Shown: positions 13,047-26,273 of the stretch, piece after piece
Numbering within the stretch: position 1 is the stretch's first letter
How the letters are laid out: each line of letters begins with the position of its first letter
From: Octopus sinensis
Lineage: Eukaryota
Length of the DNA: 64,000 nucleotides
Assembly (NCBI RefSeq): GCF_006345805.1
Contig: NC_043004.1
Coordinates: 100,068,001 to 100,132,000, forward strand
Direction of reading: 5' to 3'
Notes under the pieces: model-generated
What the model was told of the DNA's origin: nothing
Database searches by the model: none
What the model saw: only the letters and a program-made list of their open reading frames with translations
Program-made: the position numbers and the translations under genes

Positions 13047-14150
13047 CGAGCGGGTACGGAAAGTTTTCTAGTTTTGGATAAAAGAAAATACCGGAAGATC
13101 AGTTAAATATGATTTTATTCAATACTAGCAGTATTGCCCGGCTCGTGCGCTCGTGCGTTCTATGCACGCGCGAATTAAGCTAAACTTGGATGAGGTTCAA
13201 TCAAAATTCAATTATTTTGGTTTTAAAATCAAGCATTTAATGACCTCTATTTTTGCGCTTATGTGTTCCATTTCCTCTAACTTGGCAAAAACAACAACTA
13301 CAACAACAACAACAACTACTACTACTACTACTACTATACTACTACTACTACAACTACTACGTAGAAGCGTCTCATAAATTTTTGTTGATCAAATAATTGC
13401 ATTGTTGAATTATTCTTTTAGATCAGTATTTCTCAACGGGGATTTCAGGGGAGAGTTTCGGGGAGTCACTGGCGATGTATCGTGATGATCAAAAATCCGG
13501 CCAGCTAAAATTTGGTTAAAAGGATTCAAACTGCAGACTCAACGCAAAATGATCACATTTAATTCAAAGCGTTAAAAATGTTATGAAAACAACTGGTATG
13601 TGTTCACAAAGTCCAAACGATTAATAAGAAAAAAAACCCTCCAAGCTACATCCCGAAAATTCATTTCTTTGCCGAATTTCTACAATGTTTACGGCGATTC
13701 GTTTTTATATCTTGATTTTTTATTTTTCATGCAATTTACGCATGCTTGCACGCGTGGTGAACACAGTTCACGTCAAACAGCTGACTGAGTAAAGTTCAGT
13801 ATTCAATGCATGGGATAAGGCCTAAATAAAAACATTATCGATTTTTGCACTTGCGAGATGAATTTTGGAACAGAAATAGCGCAGTTCAATTTTTCATTCG
13901 CCTAAACTTTAAGTGACCCATTTTATAGTGGTTCTACGATTTTTTGGCTATGAGGAGATGTGCCGGGAAGTTAAACACACAAACACACAAGTTGAGTTTT
14001 ATATATATAGATGTTCCCCTATGAGATTCGCACACTTATTGCTGCAGTCGGTGAGTTTTTCTAACTCCTGTAAAAGCACTAGGAAGGTTGGGCCTCCAGC
14101 CAGGCCTTTCGCGATACCCTTAAAGCTGAGAACACTCCAGCATCCTCTCG
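13047..14150 (-). mobile_element. Mariner-type MITE interrupted by a Helitron (halves 13047-13124 and 14012-14150)
   Basis: TA|CGAG... terminal inverted repeats. The joined halves match the reverse complement of the uninterrupted copy at 57462-57674. Confidence 0.8.
13125..14011 (-). mobile_element. Non-autonomous Helitron (887 bp)
   Basis: On the minus strand it starts TCTATATATATAAAA and ends GGGCAATACTGCTAG, inserted between A and T with no TSD. GC-rich subterminal region. Confidence 0.85.
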
Positions 14151-14195
14151 CACAAGGTGATTTATATAAGAATCTACATTTAGTCTTCAACAAGT

Positions 14196-14433
14196 ACTCT
14201 TTTACTCTTTTACTTGTTTCAGTCATTTGACTGTGGCCACCATGCTGGAGCACCGCCTTTAGTCGAGCAAATCGACCCCAGGACTTATTCTTTGGAAGCC
14301 TAGTACTTATTCTATCGGTCTATTTTGCCGAACCGCTAAGTTACGGGGACGTGAACACACCAGCATCGATTGTCAAGCGATGTTGGGGGACAAACACAGA
14401 CACACAAACATATACACACATACATATATATAC

Positions 14434-14506
<73 letters not shown>

Positions 14507-14684
14507 CTATACATATATACGACGGGCTTCTTTCAGTTTCCGTCTTCGAAATCCACTCACAAGGCTTTTAGTCGGCCCGAGGCTATAGTAGAAGACACTT
14601 GCCCAAGGTGCCACGCATTGGGACTGAACCCGGAACCATGTGGCTCGTAAGCAAGCTACTTACCACACAGCCACTCCTGCGCCT
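14196..14684 (-). mobile_element. SINE-A, full length
   Basis: Reverse complement of head AGGCGCAGGAGTGGCTGTGTGG, central (TA)n and tail GACTGAAACAAGTAAAAGAGTAAAAGAG. Confidence 0.9.
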
Positions 14685-14940
14685 GTACTGTGTTTTATTT
14701 ATTTTACTTTCTTTGTAGTACCGATATGAAGACAATTTTGTCTCGGTCGACTTCCCCTATAGAGTATTGAATCACATACTGTTTTTCTTATCAACCCAGT
14801 GAGATATGAAGAGATAAAATCGACAGTGACTGGTTACAAAACCAGAGGGTTATGATATGTATGTAGATAGAAAAAAAATTTGAGTGCCCCAGCCCCTGCG
14901 AGCGTTTCTCTCATCCATCACTCTAACTTGGCAAAAACAA

Positions 14941-14973
14941 CAACTACAACTACTACTACTACCACTACTACTA

Positions 14974-15017
<44 letters not shown>

Positions 15018-15221
15018 GCTGCTACCTACTACTACTACTAATTTTAATACTACAACAATTACTACTACTACCATCACCATCACCACCACCACCGTTACGA
15101 CTATAATAGTAGTAGTAGTAGTAGTAGTAGAAGTTGTGGTGGTGGTGACCGTGATAGTGGTAGTAATAGTACTTGTGGTGGTGGTGGTGACCGTGATAGT
15201 GGTAGTGGTAGCGGTAGTAGT

Positions 15222-15274
<53 letters not shown>
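14941..15274. repeat. Quasi-palindromic trinucleotide array (ACT/ACC)n then (AGT/GGT)n
   Basis: The motif switches to its reverse complement at ACTATAATAGT (15100-15110). Confidence 0.85.
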
Positions 15275-15275
<1 letters not shown>

Positions 15276-15776
15276 AAACAATTAGGAAGTTTCACTATTA
15301 TATGAATTGCTAAATAATTGTTGACAGGTGAATCTAAAAGAATGTTGCATGTCTGTACAAATTTGTCATCTTTCTACTTGTGTTGTCTTCACACTTGTTA
15401 GTTTTCCACATTTGTCGGCTCCTTCCCCACCACCACAACCGCCACCACCACCACCAGCACCACCACCACTACTACCACCTCCACCACTCTCCTCTTGCAT
15501 ATTATGGTTTAGTGTACTGGTGTTGGTGGTGGTGGCGGGGAAGTTAGATGTTGGGTGTGGTGTGCCGTTTGCTGGAATCTGATAAAGTTAGACTCATGTC
15601 TGAGGAGATTCTTTTGTCCTGGGCTATGGCACAATGGTTATTCTTTAAGAATTTCTTTTTTTTTTCTTCTTGGTACATTTGCTTTGTGATGAAGAATATA
15701 CTTCTTGAGGAAGTGTGAGAATGAAAATGATGATGTACCTTGGTGTAATGTGCGCTTCTCTCACATATTTAAATGC

Positions 15777-15815
<39 letters not shown>

Positions 15816-15904
15816 CAGTCACACATACGCACACATACACACACACATATATATATGTGCGTGTGTGTGCATGTGTTTGGCGGGGTGAATACTTCATAAA
15901 CACT

Positions 15905-16670
<766 letters not shown>

Positions 16671-17711
16671 TGGAGTTGAACGACGAATTAACAAAATCCA
16701 TTCTTTCATATTACCATTCATATTACCATTTTTATATTTAAAAGAAAACATTCAAATTTCCACACGAAAGCACGTAACTTCAAACGTGTCTTCTCTGATC
16801 TGAATTTGCTACCCAGGTATCGGTTAACCGAATTATCCTTAACAAGATAATTCATTCAACTACTCAAATATATATATATATATATATATATTGAGTACTA
16901 TGCATACCTAAATGTGTTTTTGTGTGCGCGTACAAGATAAATTTCCTTGATTTACTAAAATTGCATTTCGAGATGAGATAAAAAAAAAATATTATCTGCT
17001 TGTATGAAGTGCAACTGATTCCAAAAGAAATGGAATGCATTTGCGAAGAGTTCACCATCAATCTTGTTTATTAACATGGCATTAGTGAAAAATAAACTGC
17101 TTTTTCTGGAGACAAGTGGGGAGCAGCTAACACGTGTGTCAGCCTCAATGGCTCTGATCAACATTTCGTTGAACTACATTAAATACAACCAGAGAAGAGT
17201 TACTGTTATATACAAAAAGAATAGACAGCATTTTTTTTTAGCCAAGGTTAATTTGCATAATTAAAACAAATCTCAGAGTGACTAGTGGCAAGATTTTGAT
17301 TAAATGGGCGAAGAAATGTACACTATATCCTGTACGAGATAACATCTTGATTTATTGCAATTATCTTCACTTCGAGGGAATATAAACGAACAATGCAAAC
17401 TACAGCCGATTTCAAATGACAAGGCCAAGCAGTCTCCAAGGAATTAACAATCAACCTCCTTCCTGAACTAACTCACTATTAAGAAAAAGAAATATTTCAT
17501 TTACAGTGAGTTGTAATTATCGCTATGTGTTTGTTTAACTTCTCCCCAAGCCCATCAATAATTTATTTTGTATATAATCTGGAATTTTTTTTTTGTTCGC
17601 CTTTTTTTACTTACAAATTAATGCAACTCAGGGTTATTTCCGTAAGTTCACTTTCGTAATACACACACACGTACACACACACGAACACACATATATACAT
17701 ACATATACATA

Positions 17712-18174
17712 CGCAGGAGTGGCTGTGTGGTAAGTAGCCTGCTTACCAACCACACGGTTCCGGGTTCAGTCCCACTGCGTGGCATCTTGGGCAAGTGTCT
17801 TCTGCTATAGCCCCGGGCCGACCAATGCCTTGTGAGTTGATTTGGTAGACAGAAACTGAAAGAAGCCTGTCGTATATATATATGTATAATATATATATAA
17901 TATTATATTATATATATATATATATGTATTATATATATTAAGTGTGTGTATGTGTTTGTGTGTCTATGTTTGTCTCCTCCTAGCATTGCTTGACAACCGA
18001 TGCTGGTGTGTTTACGTCCCCGTCACTTAGCGGTTCGGCAAAAGAGACCGATAGAATAAGTACTGGGCTTACAAAGAATAAGTCCTGGGGTCGATTTGCT
18101 CGACTAAAGGCAGTGCTCCAGCATGGCCACAGTCAAATGACTGAAACAAGTAAAAGAGTAAAAGAGTAAAAGAG
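17712..18174 (+). mobile_element. SINE-A, full length (possibly the Octopus OK family; name not verified)
   Basis: A-box TGGCTGTGTGG, B-box GGTTCAGTCCC, central TA tract, (GTAAAAGA)n tail. Confidence 0.9.
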
Positions 18175-18255
18175 ATACCTACATATCTATGCACACAAAC
18201 ACGTTTCATTGGAATTTCATTGGAATTTCAACATCAGCTGCAAGGTATTTTTGTA

Positions 18256-18499
18256 TGCATGTATGTATGTATGTATGTATGTATGTATGTATGTATGTAT
18301 GTATGTATGTATGTATGTATGTATGTATGTATGTATGTAGATATGCATGTATGTATGTATGTATGTGTGTATGTATATATGTATGTATTTATGTGTGCAG
18401 ATTTGTATGTGTTTCCATTAAGTATGAATTCTCATGCATATACTTCCATATCTAGATATGCTCATATATATTCAAAGGATAAATACACTTCTGAAACAC

Positions 18500-18578
<79 letters not shown>

Positions 18579-18595
18579 CAGATAGACAGATAGAC

Positions 18596-18666
<71 letters not shown>

Positions 18667-18667
18667 G

Positions 18668-18757
<90 letters not shown>
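18256..18757. repeat. (ATGT)n and (AGAT)n tetranucleotide microsatellites
   Basis: (ATGT)n about 18256-18340 and (AGAT)n about 18499-18757. Confidence 0.95.
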
Positions 18758-18758
<1 letters not shown>

Positions 18759-19485
18759 GAGTTAGATAAAAATGGAAAAAATGTGTTGTAAATATACAAA
18801 CGATAGGTAAAAAAAAAACCTATAACGTGTACTGTGTGTTCCGATGCTGGTGATGCCCGCGAAAGTTGCGGGGAATATAGGGCCGAGAGCAAACATAACA
18901 AAACAGAGTGGACGTACGACAGTGAATAAATGTAATTTAAGATGATGGACAAAGACGAAATAAATGAGAAACGAGCAAAATAGAGTCTCAGGGCCAAAAA
19001 GACGAGAATGGTGGGCAATGCTTAGCGGGTATACTAAAGGACTGGAAAGCAGCAAATAGCAAGTCATTGAGACATAGAAAATTTATGACCGGTCAGCTAC
19101 GCAACCGGTGTGAAGAAGGGAGAGAAAAGAAAGGAAAGTTGGCCATGAGTCACGTGTCAGCAGCAGGCATAGGAAAGGTATGGCAAGAGAGAAGGAGAGA
19201 GAGAGCGACAGAGAGAAAACAAGGGAAGAGATGAAGGGGGAAGGTGGCAGGAGAAAGGCTAGAAATAGAAGCAAGAGGGCGAGAGAGAGCAAAGGCAAGA
19301 AATAGAGTCGCACAGATATATAAAACTTAATGTTAATAAAAGCCGGGGCGCGTTACGTTCAGGTACTTAATAAAGGAAAAAAATGTATAGTAACTATACA
19401 AATGACAGGTACCTTCCCTTTGTTGTGCAGAAACGCTACTGTATATGTAGTTAAATCTTTTATGGATAAATATTTATCGTACCAA

Positions 19486-19624
19486 TAGGCGCAGGAGTGG
19501 CTGTGTGGTAAGTAGCTTGCTTACCAACCATATGGTTCCTGGTTCAGTACTACTACGTGGCAACTTGGGCAAGTGTCTTCTACTATAGCCTCGGGCCGAC
19601 CAAAGCCTTGTGAGTGGATTTGGT
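19486..19624 (+). mobile_element. SINE-A 5' part truncated by the assembly gap
   Basis: Head is essentially the same as the other SINE-A copies and runs into the N-run. Confidence 0.9.
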
Positions 19625-19724
19625 NNNNNNNNNNNNNNNNNNNNNNNNNNNNNNNNNNNNNNNNNNNNNNNNNNNNNNNNNNNNNNNNNNNNNNNNNNNN
19701 NNNNNNNNNNNNNNNNNNNNNNNN
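19625..19724. other. Assembly gap (100 N)
   Basis: Run of N; a round 100 usually denotes an unknown size. Confidence 0.99.
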
Positions 19725-19837
19725 GAGTCATGTGCAGTATGCTGTGAACTTTCACATAAACACTTACATGTAAACAAGGGGGAGAAATATAGGAAAAGAG
19801 AGGGAGGGAGAGAGAGAAGAAGAAGTAGACCGAATCA

Positions 19838-20033
19838 TATGGCGTATGTGTTCCCCAGGTGGATGGGACGCCAGTCCAACGCAGCGTTACTCATTTTTGC
19901 CCGCTTAGTGAACTGGAGCAACGGGAAATGAAGTATTTTGCTCAAGAACACAGAGCGTCGCCCGGTCCAGGAATCGAAACCACATCTTACGATCATAATG
20001 CTGACACCCTAACCACTAAGCCACGCGCCTCCA
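19838..20033 (-). mobile_element. SINE-B, 3'-truncated
   Basis: Reverse complement of GGAGGCGCGTGGCTTAGTGGTTAGGG...GGACTGGCGTCCC. Confidence 0.85.
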
Positions 20034-20047
20034 CCATATATATATAG

Positions 20048-20215
20048 CCATTACACACATTTTTTTCTCTCCTTAATTTTTCTGTGTCCCTTTCTGTAGA
20101 AGAGCGTAGGCTCGAAACGTAAAATACTTTTTCTATTCCTGAGCGTTATACTAATACATCTGTTTGTCTTGTACACCACCTGTCTTCGTGTTTTGTTCTT
20201 TTTCGTAAACTTTCC
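20048..20215 (+). mobile_element. Penelope-associated terminal-repeat family copy (hammerhead-like motif at 20091-20124)
   Basis: Near-identical to 59360-59520, which follows the Penelope ORF remnant. Confidence 0.7.
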
Positions 20216-20268
<53 letters not shown>

Positions 20269-20580
20269 ATAATATATATATATATATATCATACATATTA
20301 TATATAGATATATAGATATAGATATAGATATATAATGTATACATATATGTGGTGTGTGTGCGTGTGTTTAGGTGGGTGGGTGGTTGGGTGTATATGTGTG
20401 TATACATATATACGTATATATGCATGTATATATATGTATGTATGTGCATGCATATATATATGTATGTATGTGCATGCATATATATATATGTATGTAATTA
20501 TATTATATTTGTATGTCTATCTATATATATATACACACGCACACAGACATACACACACATACACACACATGCGAGCACAC

Positions 20581-20631
<51 letters not shown>

Positions 20632-21144
20632 AAATATATTTCGTATGGGTTGTTTGTGTACAGATAAGCACACAGAAAGGCGGTGAGAGAAAGTCAGAGA
20701 GAAAGAAAAGTCGATAAATACGTAGATAGAGGAATATATATAAAAAGTTGTATAAAGTGTACGTTGACCTATACCAAGACACACACATGTGACATTCATT
20801 AACACTCGCTCGCGCACTTTTACGTATGTTGAGCGAGACATACATACGCTCATATACATAATTACGTATAAATACACGCGCATATATATACTAACATAAA
20901 CAGTACAGTGAGTATACTCACCGAGAGAATATGGTGTCTACACAGCCTGGAGCATCATTAATCTTTTTATATTTATTACTTAATGGCTTCTTTTATGTCA
21001 GAACTTAACTGTGGAAAGGACGTGATTAATATAACTTATTAGCTCATATCGAATCTACAGCATACATTACTCTGATTGTCGCATTAAATATACCGACAAA
21101 TGAGTATATAGATATATATATATATATATATCTATATATATATG

Positions 21145-21199
<55 letters not shown>

Positions 21200-21859
21200 A
21201 TATATATATATGTATATTATATACATACACAGACACGCACACACTCGCACACACTCGCACTCACGTACATATATATATATATATGTATATATAGGTGTGT
21301 GTATCTGTGCCGATGTATATAATATATATATTATATATATATATTTAATTATATATACTTTATACATGTTTATATATATATACGCGTATTTATATATTTA
21401 TACGGAGATATTGATGCGCAATTGTCAAGAATTATAAATATGTGTGCGCACATGCACACGAGTGTGTGTGTGTCTCTGCATTTTGGGTCGGTTTTTGTAT
21501 GTATGTAAATGTATATAGATTTATCGTGTTTTCATCCAAAATGAAGGCGACACCATTCCTCCGTGGGATCGGCTTGAAACGTTAAGATATTGAGACATTC
21601 TTTTTAACATGAAACGAATCGTAGCCTTAATACAAAAATAAATAGATGTTAACCATGAGTGAGGTGTTGAGCACTCGTTCTCATTGTTCGATATTCATGT
21701 TTATGCATATATATTTAAATATATTTAGAAGAATGTAGTCAGAATGTTGGATGATTACATATATTTTTTTATCTACATTTTTTACGAAATAGCGCTTTCT
21801 TCCGTTATAGAATTTATCAAAATGTGGTTTACAGTTAAATTTCTTGGCATTTTTATTTA

Positions 21860-22330
21860 TAAAAAAAATTGTTGGGGTTGCCAAGCAAGGGAGAAAAAAG
21901 TATAAAAAATTTTTTTTGAGAAGGAGGGGAAGGTAAAGAGGCGTGGTTTTTGTATTGTTATGGTCAAACTTTTCTGTTTAATACAGTGGCCTTTAAAGGT
22001 AGGGAAGGAAAACAATTTTTGTATTTGAATAGGTCAAAGTTTTCAGTGAAAAACCAGATGTTGTTTTTGACTTTCTTCAGTAAAAATTATAATTGCATTT
22101 CCAGGTTGTGTTCGTTTGTATGCATTAAAAAATAATTGTATAGATGTGGTCAATTTCTTTTTGGATCGAAATTCTAGATGTTTACTAAAGAGTGATTCTT
22201 GAGTTCAAAAATCCCTTTTCCTTCCCCCACCCTAATACGCCATTAAGTACTAAAAAAAACAAGTCTGACCATACCAAAATATCTCTTCTTCTTTCATCTC
22301 CCTTGCTTGGCAATTTCACAAGTTTTTTTT
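21860..22330. mobile_element. MITE with long imperfect TIRs
   Basis: TTGCCAAGCAAGGGAGA (21878-21894) is the exact reverse complement of 22297-22313; looser similarity extends about 130 bp inward. Confidence 0.6.
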
Positions 22331-23104
22331 AACTCACTCAGCAAGAACTCACTACTTGAATGGAGCATAAACAAAACTTGACTTAAACAGGAATTAGATA
22401 ATCCTATCAAGTGGTGCTATTAAGTTAAACATGACCTGGACCAATCTTTGTTTCTAAGTCAAAGTTTGTATAAAAAGGACAAGAGATCTAACTCTAAACC
22501 ACTTTTTAATAAATTCGATAACTGAAGAAAGCGCTAAAGATGTAACTAAAAGGTAAATAAAATATATCTATATTCATCCAGCATTCTGACTACCTTATTA
22601 TTCTAAATATACAATATCTGTACATCACTTCAAACTCTCTCTCTCTCTCTCTCCCTCTGCATATATATATTATATATATATATATATATATCAAAGTAAT
22701 ATAATTGAAAATTTGATGCTATTGTTTATACTACTTATTCACTATTCACCTGTTTCATTTGGTAATAGGAATTACAAAATTGCATACGTAGAAATAAAAC
22801 ACGTAAGATATCGCGTATTAGAAATCCTTCAGTTAGAATTTCTAATATATATATATATATGTATATGTGTGTATGTGTGTGTGTATGTGTGTGTTAGAAA
22901 CATATATGTGTGGGTGTTTTTGTGTGTGTCAGAAAATCTTCTATCTGAAGAATTTATAATAGGAGATATCACACCTGTTTTCTTCTACATGTGCAATTTC
23001 GTAATTCCTTTTACCAAACGAAACAGGTGAAAAGGTGAATAAATAGTGTAAATAATACAAACAAATTTAAAATTTTCCTGCTTTGATATACATACATACA
23101 TAAT

Positions 23105-23159
<55 letters not shown>

Positions 23160-23213
23160 ATATATATATATTATATATATATATTATATATAATATATAT
23201 ATATATGTACATG

Positions 23214-23245
<32 letters not shown>

Positions 23246-23250
23246 GTGTG

Positions 23251-23303
<53 letters not shown>

Positions 23304-23354
23304 GTGAGAGAGAGACGGACACAGAGAGAGCAAGAGACCGAAAGAAAGAGAGTT

Positions 23355-23385
<31 letters not shown>

Positions 23386-23798
23386 GTGGGGCGAGGTGTC
23401 TTGGACTCCTCTCCCCCCTACTAAATCCATATTCCTAAAAAGACAGCAAGCAAAAGGCAAGCGGATGGGAGAAGGTTAGCACCAATCTCACCCTAGTACT
23501 GGGGTCATGGATTGTGCGTGGATGTAGCACAAGTGAGGTAAAAGGAGAGAGATAGGGAGTGTGATGATGAGGAGAAGAGATAGACTTACGGTGCACAGAC
23601 AATAAATCCGGGACTCCTCAACTAGGAAAATTGCCATTAGCCAGCACCTAGACCAATGCCCCGTAGATATATATATATATATATATGATGTGATATTTTT
23701 AATTATATATACATTAATAACTACAGTGCATAAACATATATATAAATGTTTTCTTTATATATTTTAATATAAGTGTATTCTTTATATATCTTCATATG

Positions 23799-23833
<35 letters not shown>

Positions 23834-24004
23834 ATTTATATACATATAGGAATCAGTTGCAGCACAGACTTCAACGTGGTGGGTTGGGGCTCTCTATCAT
23901 GGTAACGCGTGCTAAGGAAGGTCAGGCTATTAACCCAATCCAGGAACACGTCCACGTGAGTCCAAATACTTGAATGGATGTATATAGGCATACGTATGTA
24001 TATA

Positions 24005-24042
<38 letters not shown>

Positions 24043-24277
24043 CTGCATAGTCTGATTCTGATACTTGTAGTGGAAGGTGGTTGAATATGAGAAGTTCTTA
24101 AAAGCATTTGACGTGTTTACCTGAATACAAAATAGATAATATACAAGAACATACGATAACTGCAACACGATACTTCTTTGAAAACTTTTTTACTGTTCTC
24201 GGTCTGTTAACGGCTAGACGTTTCAGACGAGTATATACTGGCATTGATGTAGTGACATATGAGATTTTGTCTAGGTG

Positions 24278-24353
24278 AATCTAGCCGATGAGAACTAATC
24301 AAATTTACGCTAAAAAACGTAATTTGGTAAGTTCGAAACCTAGGTCCTAGGTT
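24278..24353 (+). ncRNA. Candidate minimal type I hammerhead ribozyme (U4C core variant)
   Basis: Stem I AATCTAG/CTAGGTT; core CCGATGA; stem II GAACT/AGTTC with an extended hairpin; GAAA; stem III AC-CTAG-GT (palindromic); GUC cleavage triplet ending at 24346. Confidence 0.6.
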
Positions 24354-24463
24354 ATCTACATCTGGGTTATACATTTATTTAATGTTTTTCCTACAGATAA
24401 GATGAATTTTTTTTTTATGTTCACCGCTCGCTTGCGTATTTGCTAGTATATATATATATAACG

Positions 24464-24645
24464 GGAAGCTTTATGAAAATAAACAAAAGACGAAGGCAGG
24501 TGGAGTACAAACAAACAATTGTATTAGTATGACGCTCAGGAATATAAACAAAACAAGTCTTTTACGTTTCGAGCCTACGCTCTTCAACAGAAAGATACAC
24601 AGAAAAGAAACACGGAGAGAAACAAGGAGAGAAAAAAATGTGTGC
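24464..24645 (-). mobile_element. Penelope-associated terminal-repeat family copy (hammerhead-like motif at 24558-24595)
   Basis: Reverse complement reads TCTTT CTGTTGA A GAGC GTAG GCTC GAAACGT A AAAGA. Confidence 0.7.
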
Positions 24646-24647
24646 AT

Positions 24648-24691
<44 letters not shown>

Positions 24692-26273
24692 TACAGTGAA
24701 GCTCTACTGTAGCGTCGTATATTATCGACTGCTATTTCCAGTAAATACTGGTTCATTGTTGTACCACTATCTTATTTATACTTTAACCTGATGGTGCTTT
24801 CTTTTACTGGGAAGCAATACTACTGTATTGCACTATTTGATATTTTCTTTATCTCTCTCTCTCTCTCTCTCCACACATATATATATATATATGCATATAC
24901 ACCCCCGCGCGCGCACAAACACACATACAAACTGACGCACACACAAACACCCACAATAAAAGTTGGATCGGATAAGATAATACCTCTTATATACAATTTG
25001 CTTAAGCGATTACCCTCAGGAAAACTTCGGGTGAATGTATGCGGTGTGTCGTGGGTATATTTCTGTATCCACATAAAATGTGAAAACTACCGGTATATTA
25101 TCCGTTTAAGAACTCAAAAATGCAAGCAGTTTATATAAAAGATGCTTTTGTTTTATATATGAAACCTTTTTATATACATAAGACATCCCCATTTCAGAAT
25201 TTTCAATGTTTCCACAAAGCTGCCTCTTGATAATCTATTGACATTAATTAGTTTTAATCGCTTAGTGGATTTTAGATTTCGTGCATTATTTGAAAGGGCA
25301 TAGTCATGTAAATGATAGAAATAATACATTTGATAAATTAAACTAAACTAGAGTTATTATAGCTAAAAGATATAAAACAAGATATATAATATTGTAACAA
25401 ATGTAAGAATTATCTTCATATCATCAAGTGTTCGTAAACGTTTGTGAATATACACGGATTTTGACGTCTAATAACCATCAATAAATTATAGCATTGAATA
25501 ATAACAATTTTGAAAATCTTGTTGGAGCTGGTAATATATAGATCTATATCTAATGTAATGCCTGATACTCACATATAATGAAAACGTCATTGATTTTATT
25601 AAATATTTTATGCAAACTTATAATGTGCTTTTAAGTTTTATTTATATTGAGTAAATAAATAATAATGCCTGTGTAGTTCCAAATTTAATGACATACTATT
25701 GTTGATGTTGTTGTTGTTATTGTTGTTGTAGTTGCTGTTGAAGGTTTTCTTACTACTGTTGTTGCTTCTTTTGATGATGCTGTTGTCGTTGTTAGTATTA
25801 TTCTCCACGTATCTCGTCAACCTTCGAAGCGATTGATTAGAGTAAATCGATTGTTTACTAAACTTACTCACCCACAAAACCGGACTCCTACAATTTTGAC
25901 AAAAGAAAAGGTTGAATGTATTAATTTCCCTTTTCTTTCGTTTTGCAAACTTCATTTTTTTCTTACATTGGCCATGCGCATACAAAACATGGTTTTGAAT
26001 ATTCTGAACCATACCATCAAATAGAAAATTGAAAATAAGCAAAATCACACATTTCACAAACTACAAACAATAAAAACTCTCGAAATCAAATTATCTCACA
26101 GAATGAACATTTAGAAGTATTAAGAAAAAAAAAAGAAAGAATTGGACACTTCATAGCGAAACATTATTCGATTATTCCGTAAAGTTTAATCAATATTTTA
26201 AACCAGAGCAGTACCAGCAGCCGGTGTAAAGAAGATAAGCAACAGCGTTAGGTGAACCAGTTTTATCTCTTTA

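Noticed and set aside
13424-13475. hAT-like terminus CAGTATTTCTCAAC captured inside the Helitron
   Set aside because: Only a 14-nt resemblance, with no partner TIR or 8-bp TSD.
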